Assembly (NCBI GenBank): GCA_963796105.1
Contig: CAWCKJ010000003.1
Location: 704,001 to 768,000 of the forward strand
From: a candidate division FCPU426 bacterium
GTDB taxonomy: Bacteria; Oederibacteriota; Muellerivitia; Muellerivitales; Muellerivitaceae
Length of the DNA: 64,000 nt
Direction: 5' to 3'
Shown: in pieces, positions 61,010 to 64,000 of the stretch
Layout: each line of letters opens with the position of its first letter
Numbering within the stretch: the first letter of the stretch is position 1
Made by a program: the position numbers and the translations under genes
Notes under the pieces: generated by a model
What the model was told of the DNA's origin: nothing
The model's input: the letters and a program-made list of their open reading frames with translations, nothing else
The model's database searches: none

Positions 61010-61741
61010 TTACCAGTTGTCGCAGCTTCCCCTCAGCTCCGCGTAACTTTCCGGCGTGTCGATTTCAGCCTGCTTATCCGCCAGTTCCTGCCTGAACCGG
61101 TCGAATACCGGGTCAATCACCCCTGAAACAATCTTCCCGATCTTTTCCTTCCCCTGGGCCCAGGAGGCGGTTTCCAGGGGATGGTTGGGGGTGGGAATAT
61201 CGGCGGCACTCGCCAGGATGTCCCTGAGGATTTTCTGGTATTTGGTATAAACCTCGCGGTGAATTTGAACGTGCCGTTTCTCGTGCGTGAGGGTCGTTTC
61301 GTAGGGACAAGTCCCTTCCCCGTAACCCGAGCTGACGTAAACCTTGAGGCTGTTATAGGAAAAATCCACCCTCAGGTTTTCCACCCACATCTTGAACTCG
61401 TCCTTGAACCACTTCTTGGAGCCGTTGAACTCGTATAGCGCCTCAGACTTGAAATCCGCGACTGTCAACCCGTATATATGGTAGCGTCCGTCGCTTGACG
61501 GGGACCCGTTTTCCAGGCCCTCGATCTGCTGGGTATTCAACTCGTGGGAGATGACCGGTTCCGGGAAGCCGAAAATATATTGGACCGTCGCGCCCGTATC
61601 GCCGGCAACGCCCCCGGCCATGTCGCGCGTGACCTTCTGGTTTTGGATGGAGCTGGAATCCCGCTGGTAATCGTAATAGAGCCAGCCGAAAAAGGCGCCG
61701 AGAAAAAGGACCAGGAAAAGGATGAATTGTTTGGTGCCCAT
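61010..61741 (-). CDS. membrane-anchored hypothetical protein, DUF922-like HExxH motif
   Basis: N-terminal TM helix; CPYETTLTHEKRHV. Confidence 0.55.
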   Translation of the reverse strand: MGTKQFILFLVLFLGAFFGWLYYDYQRDSSSIQNQKVTRDMAGGVAGDTGATVQYIFGFPEPVISHELNTQQIEGLENGSPSSDGRYHIYGLTVADFKSEALYEFNGSKKWFKDEFKMWVENLRVDFSYNSLKVYVSSGYGEGTCPYETTLTHEKRHVQIHREVYTKYQKILRDILASAADIPTPNHPLETASWAQGKEKIGKIVSGVIDPVFDRFRQELADKQAEIDTPESYAELRGSCDNW

Positions 61742-61833
61742 GGGTTAAGCTTACACCAAATAGGGGCTTCCACCAAGAAGCCGGGACCGGCGGGACAAGC
61801 GCCTATGAAAATCTTACTTTGACGGATTAGTTC

Positions 61834-62802
61834 ATGAACGAAGAAACCATACTCAAGTCCAAAGTGCCTTACTCCCAGTCCGGCGAGAAGCTATTGGATT
61901 ACCTTTCCGAACGGTTCCGTTACCGGACTTTGGATTTTTGGAGGGATTCCATCGAGTTGGGGAAGGTCATGGTCAACGGCGAAAAAGTCTCCCCCGATTT
62001 CGTGCTTCAGGGCGGGGATTGGGTGGCCTATCTCGTGGTCCTGCGGGAGCCCCCGGTGGACAAGAACTACAAGATTCTACATGAGGAAGACGCTTTTCTG
62101 GTCGTGGACAAGCCCGGCCAACTCCCCTCCCACGCCGACGGCAATTTCATCAAGAACACCCTCATTTACCTGGTGCGGGAAAAACTATCGGCCTCGGGCT
62201 GGAAAGGCGAAATCCACCTGGTCCACCGCCTGGATCGGGAAACCAGCGGTTTGATGGTTTTGGCCAAGGAAAAGACCGCCCACTTGAATTTGGTGCGCCA
62301 ATTCGAGGATGGCTTGGTCGAAAAGGAATACCTGGCGGCGGTGAAGGGGCAGGTGAGCCGGGACCGTTTCGAGGTGGCGGGAGCCATCGGCAGGGACCCG
62401 GAAAGCCAAATTTCCATCAGACAGAAGGTGGTTAAAGAGGGTGAACCAGGCTCAAAAACCTCGGCCACCTTTTTCGAGAAAGTCCGTGTTTACCAGTCCG
62501 TATCGCTGGTACGCTGTATCCCGAAAACCGGGAGAACCAACCAGATCAGGGTCCACCTGGATTCCATCGGGCATCCCCTGGTCGGGGACAAGCTCTACGG
62601 CAGGACGGATGAGGAATACCTGGCCTTTATCCGCCACGTGAAGGCGGGGGGAAGCCCAGATTTCAAGGGCATCGCCGAGGTCCCCAGGCACCTCCTGCAC
62701 GCCGGCAAACTATCCTTCAAGCACCCCGCAAGTGGGGAGAAATTGACCTTCGAATCCCCCATCCCCCAGGACATGAGGGAATATTTGGACCACCAGGAAT
62801 AA
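61834..62802 (+). CDS. RluA family pseudouridine synthase (RluD-like)
   Basis: VDKPG, VHRLDRETSG, TGRTNQIRVHL, HPLVGD.LYG, LHA. Confidence 0.92.
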   Translation: MNEETILKSKVPYSQSGEKLLDYLSERFRYRTLDFWRDSIELGKVMVNGEKVSPDFVLQGGDWVAYLVVLREPPVDKNYKILHEEDAFLVVDKPGQLPSHADGNFIKNTLIYLVREKLSASGWKGEIHLVHRLDRETSGLMVLAKEKTAHLNLVRQFEDGLVEKEYLAAVKGQVSRDRFEVAGAIGRDPESQISIRQKVVKEGEPGSKTSATFFEKVRVYQSVSLVRCIPKTGRTNQIRVHLDSIGHPLVGDKLYGRTDEEYLAFIRHVKAGGSPDFKGIAEVPRHLLHAGKLSFKHPASGEKLTFESPIPQDMREYLDHQE

Positions 62803-63022
62803 CAGCCTATTTCTAGAAGGCTTTCACCACAGGCTTCCTCCGGCAGCGCACAGAAATCTTCACATCGCAGAAAACCGTGGGGGCAATCTTGATGCCCTTG
62901 TTTTCAATAGAGTTAGTGACGCTAATAAAATCACTTCTTTAAAGAGCGGTGCCCCGCACCGAAGTAAGTTGTTATTTGGTTTGTGATATTAAAAAATTGA
63001 AGGTTTACCCTACTGTCCCTTT

Positions 63023-63194
63023 ATGGTTCTGAAAGAACCTGTGCCGATCATCCATAAAAAAATAATGAGATCGGTACGATACCAGCCTCTTTAAATTTTT
63101 ATGGAAGGCCTTTGTGTCGAGGCTTCAAGCCGAGACGCGCCTCTGGTGTGGCGGGCCATCAATTAATGGGCCCGGCCTGGCAGGTGGTGAAAAT
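63023..63194. repeat. REP-like repeat interrupted by a 143-bp insert related to the 76-bp hic unit
   Basis: TGGTTCTGAAAGAACCT[63041-63183]GTGGTGAAAA; flanks align with uninterrupted 27140-27276. Confidence 0.75.
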
Positions 63195-63213
63195 TGATTT
63201 TTATTAGAAGTTC

Positions 63214-63945
63214 TTAGGAGATTTTGCGGTCCGCGTCCCAAAGCTTGATGCCACCCAGGATGCCGGCGTCATTGGAGACGACCTTCATGTCCTTCTCCAG
63301 CTTGAAATCGAGGTGGCGCGCGTTGCCCCCGCCGATATAAACCTTGTCGTAATTGATCAGGGTATGGAGGATCTCGAAGGCCCGCTTAACCCTTTTATTC
63401 CATTTCTTCTTGCCCTTGGCGTGAAGAACCTTGTCCCCGATATATTCGTTGTAGGTTTTCCCTTTGCGGGTGGGATGCTGGGCCAGTTCCAGGTGGGGCA
63501 TCAGCTCACCGTCGCGGTAGAGCGCCGTTCCGACGCCGGTTCCAAGGGTGACCACCAGTTCCAGGCCTTTCCCCGCGATGACCGCCAAGCCCTGCATATC
63601 CGCGTCGTTCAGGAGCCTCACGGGCTTCCCCCATTGTTTCTCAAGGGCCTTGGCCAGGGGGAACACCTTCCAATGCTTGGGCCCTCCCAGGTTGGGGGCC
63701 GTGATGACCCACCCGTTCCGGACCACACCGGGAAATCCGACGGAAACCCGGTCGAATGCCGGCAGGGGTTCCGCGAGCTTTTTCAATTCCTTGACCAGCA
63801 ATTCCGGCGGGCAGGGAATAGGGGTGACCACCCGGACCCGCTCCACCACCATTTTTCCCTTCGTATCCAGGACGGAGGCCTTGAGTCCGGTGCCGCCGAC
63901 ATCAATGGAAAGAGTGAGGGGATTTTGTTTTTTAGGTTTGGTCAA
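63214..63945 (-). CDS. ppgK: ROK family kinase, polyphosphate glucokinase-like
   Basis: IDVGGTGLKA, VGFPG, LNDAD, TLGTGVG, IGGGNA, NDAGILG; no ROK Cys/Zn motif. Confidence 0.7.
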   Translation of the reverse strand: MTKPKKQNPLTLSIDVGGTGLKASVLDTKGKMVVERVRVVTPIPCPPELLVKELKKLAEPLPAFDRVSVGFPGVVRNGWVITAPNLGGPKHWKVFPLAKALEKQWGKPVRLLNDADMQGLAVIAGKGLELVVTLGTGVGTALYRDGELMPHLELAQHPTRKGKTYNEYIGDKVLHAKGKKKWNKRVKRAFEILHTLINYDKVYIGGGNARHLDFKLEKDMKVVSNDAGILGGIKLWDADRKIS

Positions 63946-64000
63946 ACAGGTCCGCCTTTCTGCTTTTAAAAAAGTATAGGTGTTTTACCCGTTCGTTGAA

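Noticed and set aside
1..64000. tRNA, rRNA, tmRNA, integron integrase, prophage
   Set aside because: No recognisable signatures by eye; the only lysozyme is an RHS toxin tip, not part of a lysis cassette.

Overview
Bacterial chromosomal window from a diderm organism (lptF, PorV-like barrel, lipoproteins). Several secreted proteins pair long Thr/Pro linkers with a FlgD-Ig/T9SS-CTD-like C-terminal domain, a style reminiscent of FCPU426/Goldbacteria-like lineages (inference only). 1-10 kb: envelope and housekeeping genes (LptF, PorV/PorQ-like, TIGR03663-like GT-C, M16 peptidase, VIT1). 10-15 kb: a 1748-aa Thr/Pro-linker surface protein. 15-25 kb: a phosphate/polyP module (ppx, two tandem atypical thymidylate-kinase-like genes, phoB/phoR-like pair). 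25-30 kb: serpin, prmC and a hicBA pair split by three tandem 76-bp units. 30-41.5 kb: a signal-peptide RHS/lysozyme toxin plus immunity cassette, interrupted by a complete IS21 (5-bp TSD). This cassette is bracketed by two copies of a 0.7-0.9 kb non-coding element made of a 22-bp repeat array and a highly palindromic core. 41-49 kb: SBBP and sedolisin secreted proteins. 49-57 kb: a probable sigma54 regulon (divergent -24/-12 promoters around a perfect 11-bp inverted repeat, XylR/V4R activator). 57-64 kb: GT4/GH130, PHP, RluA and a polyP-glucokinase-like ROK gene. Intergenic DNA holds several small palindromic repeat families that insert into one another. No rRNA, tRNA or CRISPR array was seen. 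All calls are by eye; no database searches were run.
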